A DNA stretch of 32,000 bases from positions 38,551 to 70,550 of the forward strand of contig JAQVTI010000003.1 of assembly GCA_028700115.1 (NCBI GenBank). Direction: 5' to 3'. Below are positions 20,702-32,000 of the stretch, piece by piece (the first letter of the stretch is position 1; every line of letters begins with the position of its first letter). The notes under the pieces were generated by a model. That model was not told the origin of the DNA, ran no database searches, and worked only from the letters and a program-made list of their open reading frames with translations. Source of the DNA: Candidatus Iainarchaeum sp. (GTDB taxonomy: Archaea > Iainarchaeota > Iainarchaeia > Iainarchaeales > CSSED10-239). Both the position numbers and the translations under genes were made by a program.

Positions 20702-20746
20702 TTTTAAATACTTCTATTTATAATATATTTTATAAAATATATTTGT

Positions 20747-21136
20747 ATGACAAAAAATTTATCTTGGAAAATATATGACGATGTTATAGAAAGTATAATG
20801 GCTTTATCAAAATCTTTTTACCCAAATGAGTTTTCTGGAATGCTTTATGCAGAAAATAATGTTATTCAAGATATATATATTATTCCAAAAACTATTAGTA
20901 ATAGAAATAATGCTATTATTAGACTAGATTTAGTTCCAATGAGTTTAAATATAATTGGTTCTGTTCATTCACATCCTTCTGGTTTTGGAAAACCATCTAT
21001 TGCAGATCTTAATTTTTTTTCACGAAAATATGTTAATATTATTTCATATTTTCCTTTTTCTAAAAATTGTTTTAAAGTTTATGATAATTTAGGTCATATT
21101 ATTGATAATTTTGAGATTATTTTTAGACAAAAATAA
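20747..21136 (+). CDS. JAB/MPN/Mov34 (JAMM) metallopeptidase-like protein
   Basis: JAMM signature GSVHSHPSGFGKPSIADLNFF. Confidence 0.88.
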   Translation: MTKNLSWKIYDDVIESIMALSKSFYPNEFSGMLYAENNVIQDIYIIPKTISNRNNAIIRLDLVPMSLNIIGSVHSHPSGFGKPSIADLNFFSRKYVNIISYFPFSKNCFKVYDNLGHIIDNFEIIFRQK

Positions 21137-21162
21137 CTATTTTTTTAGTATTTTTAGAAACA

Positions 21163-21170
21163 TTTATAAA
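21163..21170 (+). promoter_or_regulatory. Putative TATA box of the grpE-dnaK-dnaJ operon
   Basis: TTTATAAA in the only sizeable gap upstream of grpE. By-eye call in an AT-rich genome. Confidence 0.3.
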
Positions 21171-21260
21171 TTTTGTGTAAAAAGTCCTTTAAGCTTTTCG
21201 GATCTTTATTTTTTTATATAAATAATTTCTTTTTTTAATTTTTTTATAATGTGATTTTTT

Positions 21261-23914
<2,654 letters not shown>

Positions 23915-23976
23915 TTTTTCTCTTTTTTTATTTTTTTATTTTAAATTATTTTAATTATATCTAAAAGGTTATTTTT

Positions 23977-25134
23977 ATGAGTGGAAAAGATTATTACGAA
24001 ATTTTAGGTGTCTCAAAAGATGCAAGCATTGAAGAAATTAAAAAAGCATATAAAACATTAGCAAAAAAATATCATCCAGATCTAGCTGGAGAAGGTGCTG
24101 ATGAAGAGAAATTTAAAGAAATAAGTAATGCTTATTCTACTCTATCAAATTCAGAAAAAAGAAAACAATATGATACATTTGGACAAGCAGGTGCATCTGA
24201 TCAAGGATTCGGACAAGGTTTTGGACAAGGCTTTTCTGGTTTTTCAAGAAGTGGGTTTTCTTCACAAGGTTTTGATTTTTCAGATATATTTTCTTCATTT
24301 ATGGATGATGATGATAATATTTTTTCAAGTTTTTCAAGAAGAGGTCAAAGAAGACAACAAAGACAAGAAAATCTAGATGTTGTTGAAAAAGTTAATTTAA
24401 CTTTTGAAGAAGCATATAAAGGTGTTAAGAAAAAAATTGAAATTTATAAAGATGTAGAGTGTACTTATTGTGCAGGGACAGGTTCTAAATCTATGAAAAA
24501 AGAAACCTGTGATGTTTGTCATGGAAGAGGAAGAATAATAACTACAAAAAGAACTCCTTTTGGTGCATTTTCTGTTGAAAATATTTGTCATAAATGTCAA
24601 GGAAAAGGAACAATAATAAAAGATCCTTGTTCAAAATGTGATGGAAAAGGATATGTTAGAGAGTCTAAAAAAATAAATGTAGATATCCCATCAGGAGTAA
24701 ATAATAGAGATGTTATTAGAGTTGTTTCTCAAGGACATGAACATAATAATCAAAAAGGAAATTTATTTTTAAATATAAGTGTAAGTCCTCATGATTTTTT
24801 CAAAAGAGATGAATATGATATATATTGTGAAGTTCCTATAAGTTATACAGATTTAGTTTTTGGAACTGATCTTAAATTAAATATTTTTGGAGATAAAATA
24901 AAAGTTAAAATCCCGTCTTCAACTACAAATAATACTATTTTTAGAATTAAAAATAAAGGTTTTAATCATATAAATTCTAGAGGTTCTGGAGATTTGTATG
25001 TTAAAGTAGTTTCCGAGATACCATCTAAAATTTCAGGAGAATATAAAAAGAAATTAAAAGAATTAAAGGATCTAGAAGAAAAAAATATTACTAAAGAAAT
25101 TAATAAGAAGTATAAAGATTATATTGAATTGTAG
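23977..25134 (+). CDS. dnaJ: Chaperone DnaJ (type I, with zinc-finger domain)
   Basis: J domain DYYEILGVSKDASIEEIKKAYKTLAKKYHPD, four CxxCxGxG-type motifs, G/F-rich linker. Confidence 0.97.
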   Translation: MSGKDYYEILGVSKDASIEEIKKAYKTLAKKYHPDLAGEGADEEKFKEISNAYSTLSNSEKRKQYDTFGQAGASDQGFGQGFGQGFSGFSRSGFSSQGFDFSDIFSSFMDDDDNIFSSFSRRGQRRQQRQENLDVVEKVNLTFEEAYKGVKKKIEIYKDVECTYCAGTGSKSMKKETCDVCHGRGRIITTKRTPFGAFSVENICHKCQGKGTIIKDPCSKCDGKGYVRESKKINVDIPSGVNNRDVIRVVSQGHEHNNQKGNLFLNISVSPHDFFKRDEYDIYCEVPISYTDLVFGTDLKLNIFGDKIKVKIPSSTTNNTIFRIKNKGFNHINSRGSGDLYVKVVSEIPSKISGEYKKKLKELKDLEEKNITKEINKKYKDYIEL

Positions 25135-25188
25135 TTTTTAACAGGTTTTAAAAAAGTTTTGTTTTTAAATATATTTGGATTTGATTTT

Positions 25189-25284
25189 ATGAAAATATAT
25201 ATTTGGACAAAAGTATGTGTAGATGGTAAAATTAATAATAAATTACTTGGTGCTGCACATAATGGTTGTTGTAAACAAGGCTAG
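25189..25284 (+). CDS. Micro-ORF, candidate modified-peptide precursor (MKIYIWTKVCVDGKINNKLLGAAHNGCCKQG)
   Basis: ATG to TAG, 31 codons, between dnaJ and the radical SAM/SPASM gene. Same TTGAT-N(3-4)-ATG context as the downstream gene; three Cys clustered with Gly. Confidence 0.4.
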   Translation: MKIYIWTKVCVDGKINNKLLGAAHNGCCKQG

Positions 25285-25334
25285 TATATAATTATTTATT
25301 TTAAATAATAAATATATTTTTAATTTTGATATTT

Positions 25335-26615
25335 ATGGGTCTTTATTCTCCTAAGATTATTAAATTAGATAATGGTTTTGCAATTACTGCTGAAAAAACA
25401 TTAATTTTATTAAATAAAGCAGAATTTATTAAAAATAAATCTGAAATTTTAAAATTATGTGAAGACTCTTTCAAAAATGTATCTTCATCTAATTTACAAT
25501 TTAAGAGTAATGAAAATACATTGAGTTTTACAATAATTCCTACTACCGATTGTAATCTACGATGTGTTTATTGTTATTCAGATGGTGGTTTTGATAAAAA
25601 AAATTTAACTTTTGAATTTACAAAAGAATTTATTGATAAGCTAATCCAACATAATCCAAATTGTAATAATATTAATTTAGATTTTACAGGTGGTGGCGAA
25701 CCTTTATTAAATTTTGAATTAATTCAAAAAGTTGTTGATTATTTAGAATCTAAAAATTTTAATTTAAATATAAGTATGGTAACAAATGGAATACTTTTAC
25801 CTAAATATCTTCCTTGGCTTAAAATACATTCATTTTTTTTAAGAATTTCTTATGATGGTTGTGCTCAAAAAATAAATCGTCCAGGGTTAAATTTTAATTC
25901 TAATGAAAAATTATCTGAAACTTTTAAATTAATTAAAAATGAATATCCTTTAGATTTAGTTGGTGTTCAGATGACTATTACTAAATCTAATATTGATAAT
26001 TTACCTTTTGATGTTTTAAAAATTATAACTGATTATAAAATAAATTCCATAAAAATTGAACCCGTACATACTTCTTATTCTATACGTTCAAAAATTGTAA
26101 ATCAACCAACACCTAAAGAATTTGTTGATAGTTATCTTTCTACTTTAGATTTATTAATTTCTAAAAATATTGAAGTTTATATTGATAATTCATATTTATC
26201 AATTCCAAGTACTGCTTATTTTTGTTCTATTAGAAATAAAGCTATAATTTCTCCTTATAATTTAATCACATCTTGTGTGGAAGTTATAAAAAAAGAAGGT
26301 AATGAAAATAATGGTGTTGTGTTATGTGATGATATTTCTTTAATTGATTTCAATACTATTCGAAAAATACAATTAGATAAATTATACCCTTTACATCCTA
26401 AAAATTATAGTGATTGTTCTGAATGTGATTTTGTACATATTTGTAAAAATAATTGTCCTATGCGTAGAATTTTAAATAATAATCACAAATATAAATATAA
26501 TTGTGAAATTTCTCATTTATTAATACCTAAATTTTTGGAAAGAGCTAATTCTAATAAAAAATATTTAGAATTAGTTTTTGGAAATAGTTTTAAAGAAAGA
26601 TCCAAATGCGTTTAG
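25335..26615 (+). CDS. Radical SAM/SPASM domain protein (peptide-maturase-like)
   Basis: TTDCNLRCVYCYSDGG (CxxxCxxC), FTGGGEPLLNF, C-terminal SPASM-like cysteines (YFC...TSC and CSECDFVHICKNNCPMRR...NC). ATG at 25335 preferred over the TTG at 25326. Confidence 0.88.
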   Translation: MGLYSPKIIKLDNGFAITAEKTLILLNKAEFIKNKSEILKLCEDSFKNVSSSNLQFKSNENTLSFTIIPTTDCNLRCVYCYSDGGFDKKNLTFEFTKEFIDKLIQHNPNCNNINLDFTGGGEPLLNFELIQKVVDYLESKNFNLNISMVTNGILLPKYLPWLKIHSFFLRISYDGCAQKINRPGLNFNSNEKLSETFKLIKNEYPLDLVGVQMTITKSNIDNLPFDVLKIITDYKINSIKIEPVHTSYSIRSKIVNQPTPKEFVDSYLSTLDLLISKNIEVYIDNSYLSIPSTAYFCSIRNKAIISPYNLITSCVEVIKKEGNENNGVVLCDDISLIDFNTIRKIQLDKLYPLHPKNYSDCSECDFVHICKNNCPMRRILNNNHKYKYNCEISHLLIPKFLERANSNKKYLELVFGNSFKERSKCV

Positions 26616-27325
26616 ATAGGTATTTATTAAATAATAATTTACTTGATACTAGGTCTCAAGCAATTTATTTTATAAAAAGTAATAAAATTAGTGTTAATGA
26701 TATCATAGTTAATAAACCCTCTTATTTAATAAAATTAGATGATAAAGTTAAAATTATTCCCAAATTTATATATGTTAGTAAAGGTGGATATAAATTAGAA
26801 TCTTTTTTAAATAAAATTTCTTATTCAGTTAATAATAAATCTATATTAGATATTGGTTGTTCTACTGGGGGTTTTACAAATTATTTTTTATTACATGGTG
26901 CATCTTGTGTTACTTCAGTAGATATTGCACATGATATTTTATCAGAAAAATTATTTAAATATTCTAATTTAATATATTTTGATAATTTTGATATTTTAAA
27001 TAAAGATAATCTTAAAGTTTTTAAAAATAAATTTGATGTAATTTCTATAGATCTTAGTGATGTTTCTATAACTAAAGTTTTTTTATTTTTAGACAAAATT
27101 TTAAAGAAAAAAGGGGCTATTATCGCTTTATTTAAACCTCATTATGAAGGATTTAAAGGTGTTGTTTCAAAAGAAAATAAAATAAAATTGTCTAATAAAT
27201 TTGAATCTTGGATTAAAGCAAATACTTCCTTTAAAATAATTCATAAAGTAAATTCTTCAGAAAGAGGGGGTTATAATTTAAAAGGAAATAGAGAAATTTT
27301 TTATTTATTAAAATTTAATAAATAG
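26606..27325 (+). CDS. TlyA-like protein: S4 domain plus FtsJ/RrmJ-like SAM methyltransferase
   Basis: S4 domain MRLDRYLLNNNLLDTRSQAIYFIKSNKISVNDIIVNKPSYLI, then YVSKGGYKL, LDIGCSTGGFTNYFLLHGA, IALFKPHYEG. Overlaps the radical SAM gene by 10 nt. Confidence 0.85.
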   Translation: MRLDRYLLNNNLLDTRSQAIYFIKSNKISVNDIIVNKPSYLIKLDDKVKIIPKFIYVSKGGYKLESFLNKISYSVNNKSILDIGCSTGGFTNYFLLHGASCVTSVDIAHDILSEKLFKYSNLIYFDNFDILNKDNLKVFKNKFDVISIDLSDVSITKVFLFLDKILKKKGAIIALFKPHYEGFKGVVSKENKIKLSNKFESWIKANTSFKIIHKVNSSERGGYNLKGNREIFYLLKFNK

Positions 27326-27379
27326 TAAATTATTCTTTTTTACTTTCTTTTTTAAATGTTTTATTGTATTTTATAATAT

Positions 27380-28459
27380 ATGGATATTATAAATTTAGAT
27401 AAATTAAATCTTTTTAAAAAATATATCTCTTCAATTAAAAAAGAAGATAATCTTGCAATTATTTATGATACAGATATGGATGGAATTACTTCTGCAGTAA
27501 TTACTTCTAAAGCTTTAGATAAATTAAATATAAAATATTTCCAAAGACCAAGAAATCCAAAAAATAGAACTTTAGATAAATCTATTCAATTTTTTTTAAA
27601 AGAAAATAAAATAAACAAAATTATTTTTTTAGATTTATCTGCAGAAAGTTTTCAAGATTCACATTTATTAAACAACTATGATGTTTTAGTAATAGATCAT
27701 CATCCAATTTTAGAAAATTATAATATTAATTTTAAAATAATTAAATCCTTTCAATTACAAGATAAACTAGAAGGTTATAACTATTGTACAGCACATATGG
27801 TTTTTGATTTGTTTTCTTCAATTTTAGATTTAGAAGATTTAGATTGGGTTTTAGCTTGTGGGATTATAGGAGATGTAACTTATGATTCACATATTGATTT
27901 ATTAAAATCTATTTTTAAAAAATATAATTTAACTTATAATATAAATCCTTATTTTTCAGATTTAGGACAAGTTATAGAATATTCTAATTATGCTTTAACT
28001 CTTGGAACTTTAGAAGAAGTTAATAAAATTTATTCTTTTTTTTATAATTCTAATAATTATAAACAAGTTTATGAAAAATTAGATTATGTTTTACCTATTA
28101 AAAAAGAATTTGAAAAATTTATTTCTAATTTTGAAAAAAATAAAGAAGTTATTGGAGATATTGTTTTTTATGAAATTAAATCAAAATATAATCTTCATTC
28201 TTTAGTAAGTACATATATTTCTTTAAATTTATATTTTGGGATATTAATTTGTATAGATATTAAACAAAATAGATGTTTTATAAGTGCAAGATGTCAAAAA
28301 TCTAAATTTGATTTAGGAAAAATGTTAAAAGAATGCACTTCTAATTTAGAAAATGCTTTTGGAGGGGGACATCCAGTTGCAGCAGGGGCTTCTATTAATA
28401 TAAATGATTTGTCTAAATTTAAAGAAAATGTTCTGAATTGGATAAATTCTAATTATTAG
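27380..28459 (+). CDS. DHH-family phosphoesterase (RecJ-like)
   Basis: YDTDMDGITSAVI, VLVIDHHPI, C-terminal AFGGGHPVAAGASI (DHHA1 signature). Confidence 0.9.
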   Translation: MDIINLDKLNLFKKYISSIKKEDNLAIIYDTDMDGITSAVITSKALDKLNIKYFQRPRNPKNRTLDKSIQFFLKENKINKIIFLDLSAESFQDSHLLNNYDVLVIDHHPILENYNINFKIIKSFQLQDKLEGYNYCTAHMVFDLFSSILDLEDLDWVLACGIIGDVTYDSHIDLLKSIFKKYNLTYNINPYFSDLGQVIEYSNYALTLGTLEEVNKIYSFFYNSNNYKQVYEKLDYVLPIKKEFEKFISNFEKNKEVIGDIVFYEIKSKYNLHSLVSTYISLNLYFGILICIDIKQNRCFISARCQKSKFDLGKMLKECTSNLENAFGGGHPVAAGASININDLSKFKENVLNWINSNY

Positions 28460-28580
28460 ATTTTTTTTATTTTTTTATGAAAAACATTTATGTTTATAAA
28501 TGTTTTTATGTTTTATTTTAGTATATATTATATTTATAATTATAATAAATTATTAATATAAATTTATTTGGTGATATGTT

Positions 28581-30779
28581 TTGAAAAAGAAAATTAAACT
28601 TAAAGGTCAAGTCTCAATTGAGGTTTTAGCTATTTTAGGAGTTTTAATAATTGGTGCTGTTTTATTAGGTGTTTTTTATTTAAACACAATTTATGATAAA
28701 ATGGACGAAGGAACTGATATTGGTTCTTTAACAGATGGTTTTGATTTTGGTTTTGATGACGAACCAGGAACTCCTGGTGGACCAGTTGTTCCAACTTGTG
28801 ATAATGACGGTGTAAGAGAAACTGGTGAAGAGTGTGATGGATCTGATTTTGGTAGTGTGACTTGTTCTTCTTTTGCAGGATATATTGGAGATGAAGCAAA
28901 CTTAATTTGTAATGATTGTGAAATTGATTTTTCTTCTTGTGAAGTTGACCCAGAAGACCCACCAGTTTGTGGGGATAATCTAATTAACCAAGCTTCTGAA
29001 GTTTGTGATGATTCTGATTTTGATGGAAAAACATGTGAGGATTATACACCTTCAGGTTATTATTTTGTTTCAGGAAGTCTAGAATGTAGAGATAATTGTA
29101 CAACAATAGATACTTCAAATTGTAAATTTGAAGAAATTGTTACAGAAAACTGTGGAAACGGTATTTTAGATTCTGGTGAAGAATGTGATTATAATGGTCA
29201 AGTTTTTAGTTTTGAACCAGTAAATTGTCAAGCTTATGGTTTATTAGAACCAATTAGTTTTGTTGGATCATCTACAGCTGTAACTTGTACTACTGAATGT
29301 AGAGTTGATACTAGTAGTTGTCTAGATCCAGAAGTTCCAGGAACATGTGATCAATTTAATTTAGAACAATGTATTTTAGAACCAGAAGTTTGTAAAGAAT
29401 GTAGTAATGAAATCACAGGAACTATTTTTAATACAAGTGATGTAAATTGTGCAATTGCTGGTTGTTGTGGAGATAGAGATTGTACTATTTCAAAAACACT
29501 TTCTACATTTCCATATGTAGGAAATTATTTGTATGAAATCCCACAAGGTTCATTATCTATTTTAAATGGATATGGAGAAAGTATAACTTTTGGAAGTAAT
29601 ACATTTAAAATAAATCCAGAAGTTATGCATGAATGTGAAGATGATTGTGATACTCTTTGTAGTTTTAATCACTCTAGTGGAGTTACAACTGAAATTTTAG
29701 CAGGTGAACTTGTTGAAGTTTGTCAAGAATGTTATTATAATAATAGTTCTGTTGATTGTTGTGGAAATGGGATTTGTAGTTCTAGTGAGACTTCTTTAAG
29801 TTGTCCAATAGACTGTAATACATTTAATCCTCAATTTACAATAAATTCAACACCTTCTAGTTTAGAAAGTTATGTAAGTGGTGGATTTAATGTTGATGTT
29901 TCTGCATTTAACTTTGATGATACTGCAATGTATTTTGGTTTGAAGTTGCATGTTTATGATACATCTACAAATGAACTTTCAAACAACTGTTCATATGATG
30001 GAACTTATAGTAGTGTTTTAGATTTAGGTAGTTATAGTAAGAATGATCCAAATCATTCATTTACATTTGTTTGTAACACTATTGGGGATTATGAATTTAA
30101 GTTTGTAGGTTCAGAATATATTTTAGATCCAAACACTGGTGGAACTCAAACAAACATGCCAATTGCATTTGCTGAAGACCATTCTGATGTAAGTATAATT
30201 TCTGCCGGTTCTCCTCAAATATTAAATTTATATTCTTCTGTTAATTCTGTGACTACTCAATCAGATGTTGAATTTGATATAACTTTACAAAGTAGAAATG
30301 AAGCTTCTCAAGTAACTTTAAATGTTGTTGATAATTATAATTTTGTTTTAAATGATTGTACATATAATAGCATTCCAATTACAGAAGATTATTTACTTTC
30401 AAACTTCAATCAAGATGAAACAAAGACATTTACTTTCAAATGTTCTGATGAAATTATGCATAAATTTAATTTTTATGGAGTAACTATAGAAGAACCAATC
30501 CAAGATTCAAGTGAATCTGTACAAGTAAATGTAGTTAATGAAGAAATACAAGAAGGTATTAATCCTTATGCTTTATGTAGTCCAGTTGTTTCAAGTGTAT
30601 CTGGAGATCAAACTCTAAGAATTTGTGTAAATGATCTTTTTGCAACATCTACATCTGGAGGTAATACTCTTACAATATATGTAAATAATCCTACATATTC
30701 AGAAAGAGAAGATACTACTCCAAATTGTACTACTTTAAATGGAAATACACTTTGTATATATCCAGGAAAATTAAATTAA
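28581..30779 (+). CDS. Large cysteine-rich secreted protein with prepilin-like N terminus
   Basis: GGTGAT plus TTG start. KGQVSIEVLAILGVLIIGAVLLGVFYLNTIYDKM, then repeated C-G-x-G-x(n)-G/S-E-x-C-D modules and beta-rich C-terminal regions. Confidence 0.85.
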   Translation: MKKKIKLKGQVSIEVLAILGVLIIGAVLLGVFYLNTIYDKMDEGTDIGSLTDGFDFGFDDEPGTPGGPVVPTCDNDGVRETGEECDGSDFGSVTCSSFAGYIGDEANLICNDCEIDFSSCEVDPEDPPVCGDNLINQASEVCDDSDFDGKTCEDYTPSGYYFVSGSLECRDNCTTIDTSNCKFEEIVTENCGNGILDSGEECDYNGQVFSFEPVNCQAYGLLEPISFVGSSTAVTCTTECRVDTSSCLDPEVPGTCDQFNLEQCILEPEVCKECSNEITGTIFNTSDVNCAIAGCCGDRDCTISKTLSTFPYVGNYLYEIPQGSLSILNGYGESITFGSNTFKINPEVMHECEDDCDTLCSFNHSSGVTTEILAGELVEVCQECYYNNSSVDCCGNGICSSSETSLSCPIDCNTFNPQFTINSTPSSLESYVSGGFNVDVSAFNFDDTAMYFGLKLHVYDTSTNELSNNCSYDGTYSSVLDLGSYSKNDPNHSFTFVCNTIGDYEFKFVGSEYILDPNTGGTQTNMPIAFAEDHSDVSIISAGSPQILNLYSSVNSVTTQSDVEFDITLQSRNEASQVTLNVVDNYNFVLNDCTYNSIPITEDYLLSNFNQDETKTFTFKCSDEIMHKFNFYGVTIEEPIQDSSESVQVNVVNEEIQEGINPYALCSPVVSSVSGDQTLRICVNDLFATSTSGGNTLTIYVNNPTYSEREDTTPNCTTLNGNTLCIYPGKLN

Positions 30780-30857
30780 ATTTTCCTTTTTTTTCTTTAT
30801 TTTAACTTTTTTTAGTTATATAGTAAAGTTTATAAACAATTTTTGTCTTATATATTT

Positions 30858-32000
30858 ATGAATAAGAATATAATATATATTATATTTATCATTTGTTTTT
30901 TATTTTCATTTAGCTATGTTTATGCTTATTCTTCAACAAATGTTTTAAACTACGTTTCTCAAACTAAATCTTCTCAAAATATAAATCCAAATATAACAAT
31001 TAGTTCAAATAATAATATTTCAAATATTTCTCAAATTAATCCAAATTTTGATTTAAATCAAAATGATTGTGGTGGTATTTCTTTTGGAGATGTTTATTAT
31101 CCTCCTGGTATTTGTAGTAAAGCAGATGTAAAAGAATATATAAAAAACATAACTTCAATCTCACCAAAAGACAATTTTACTTCTGTAGAAAATATCTGGG
31201 GAACTTGTCCTACAGAAGGAGATTTTACAATTCCAGTTTTTATGGTTGAGTTTTCAGATCAACCACATAAAGCAGACATTACTTTTGAAGATATAAATGC
31301 TGCTTATAATGATCCAAATTATCTTGATGAAAATGGAATTAGTGTTTCTGATTATTACTTACACCAATCTTATGGTGCATTAAATCTTTCATTTGATGTT
31401 TATGAAGATTGGTATGAACTTCCAGAAACTTTTGAATATTATAAAACAAATAATTCAACACAATTTCAAATGTTTATGGATTTTTTAGATCTTGTTGACT
31501 CAGAAGTAGACTTTAGTCAATATGATGCAGATGGTGATGGAAGAATGGAAGGTCTTATATTAATAAGATCTGGAGAAGTTAGTTCTCAATTTAAAAATCA
31601 TACTAGAATTATGAATGGTTCTAGTTATAATAGAGATGATACTTTTTTAGGAAATATGTATGTTGTTGCTTCTGAATTTGATGAAGGTATTTGTAATATG
31701 TATCAACAAGAATTTGGTTTTCCTGAAGATTGTAGAATGGATGTTCAAGTTTTAATTCATGAATTTGGTCATATTTTAGGAGTTCCTGATTTATATGAGG
31801 CTCATAATAGTCATGCATTAGGTCCTGGATTAGATGAATTAACAGTTATGGCTGCTGATCAAACAAATCCAAATTTCCCTCCTAATTTTGATGTTTGGTC
31901 AAAGACTTTTTTTGGTTGGATTAATCCAACCATTATCGGTTCACAAGATGCTGGTTTTTATAATCTGCCAACTTTAGATGATACTCCTATTGCTTATGTT
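30858..32000 (+). CDS. M6-like secreted zinc metalloprotease, 3'-truncated at window edge
   Basis: Open frame to window end, absent from the ORF track. Signal peptide MNKNIIYIIFIICFLFSFSYVYAYS, Ca-loop-like QYDADGDGRMEG, zinc site LIHEFGHILGVPDLYEAHN. Confidence 0.85.
   Translation, partial: MNKNIIYIIFIICFLFSFSYVYAYSSTNVLNYVSQTKSSQNINPNITISSNNNISNISQINPNFDLNQNDCGGISFGDVYYPPGICSKADVKEYIKNITSISPKDNFTSVENIWGTCPTEGDFTIPVFMVEFSDQPHKADITFEDINAAYNDPNYLDENGISVSDYYLHQSYGALNLSFDVYEDWYELPETFEYYKTNNSTQFQMFMDFLDLVDSEVDFSQYDADGDGRMEGLILIRSGEVSSQFKNHTRIMNGSSYNRDDTFLGNMYVVASEFDEGICNMYQQEFGFPEDCRMDVQVLIHEFGHILGVPDLYEAHNSHALGPGLDELTVMAADQTNPNFPPNFDVWSKTFFGWINPTIIGSQDAGFYNLPTLDDTPIAYV

Noticed and set aside
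24128-24600. Alternate-frame ORFs within dnaJ (24128-24376 plus, 24397-24600 minus)
   Set aside because: Overlap the conserved DnaJ frame entirely. Antisense Cys residues derive from the reversed zinc-finger codons.
26881-27096. 71-aa minus-strand ORF inside the TlyA-like gene
   Set aside because: Antisense shadow with no promoter or SD context.
28630-28962. 110-aa His/Gln/Leu-rich minus-strand ORF, and a similar one at 31621-31818
   Set aside because: Composition (HQ, HH, LLK) is an artefact of reverse reading of Asp/Glu/Asn-rich coding DNA.

Overview
AT-rich archaeal window. The class III (archaeal type IV) prepilins, CDC48/VAT ATPase, RFC small subunit and GGTGAT-type Shine-Dalgarno sites point to archaea, most likely a DPANN lineage; that assignment is inference. 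No rRNA, tRNA, CRISPR array or transposon is visible. Supported content, left to right: (1) tandem cysteine-patterned membrane-anchored small proteins; (2) CDC48-type AAA ATPase, HExxH protein, type IA topoisomerase, Lrp/AsnC regulator and a CDKAL1/MtaB-like tRNA methylthiotransferase on the minus strand; (3) RFC small subunit followed by an archaeal type IV pilus-like locus with a secretion ATPase, two FlaJ/TadC-like proteins, six small prepilin-like proteins and a prepilin peptidase; (4) a membrane protein / OB-like / TctA-like permease / JAMM protease cassette; (5) grpE-dnaK-dnaJ, with a 15-unit near-perfect 12-nt repeat inside grpE; (6) an unlisted 31-codon Cys-containing micro-ORF directly upstream of a radical SAM/SPASM protein, which overlaps a TlyA-like methyltransferase; (7) a DHH phosphoesterase; (8) a 732-aa Cys-rich protein with a prepilin-like N terminus, followed by a truncated M6-like metalloprotease missing from the ORF track. 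The best candidate for a previously undescribed system is the micro-ORF plus radical SAM/SPASM pair, a possible RiPP-type peptide-modification locus. All family assignments come from reading motifs by eye. No database search was run.
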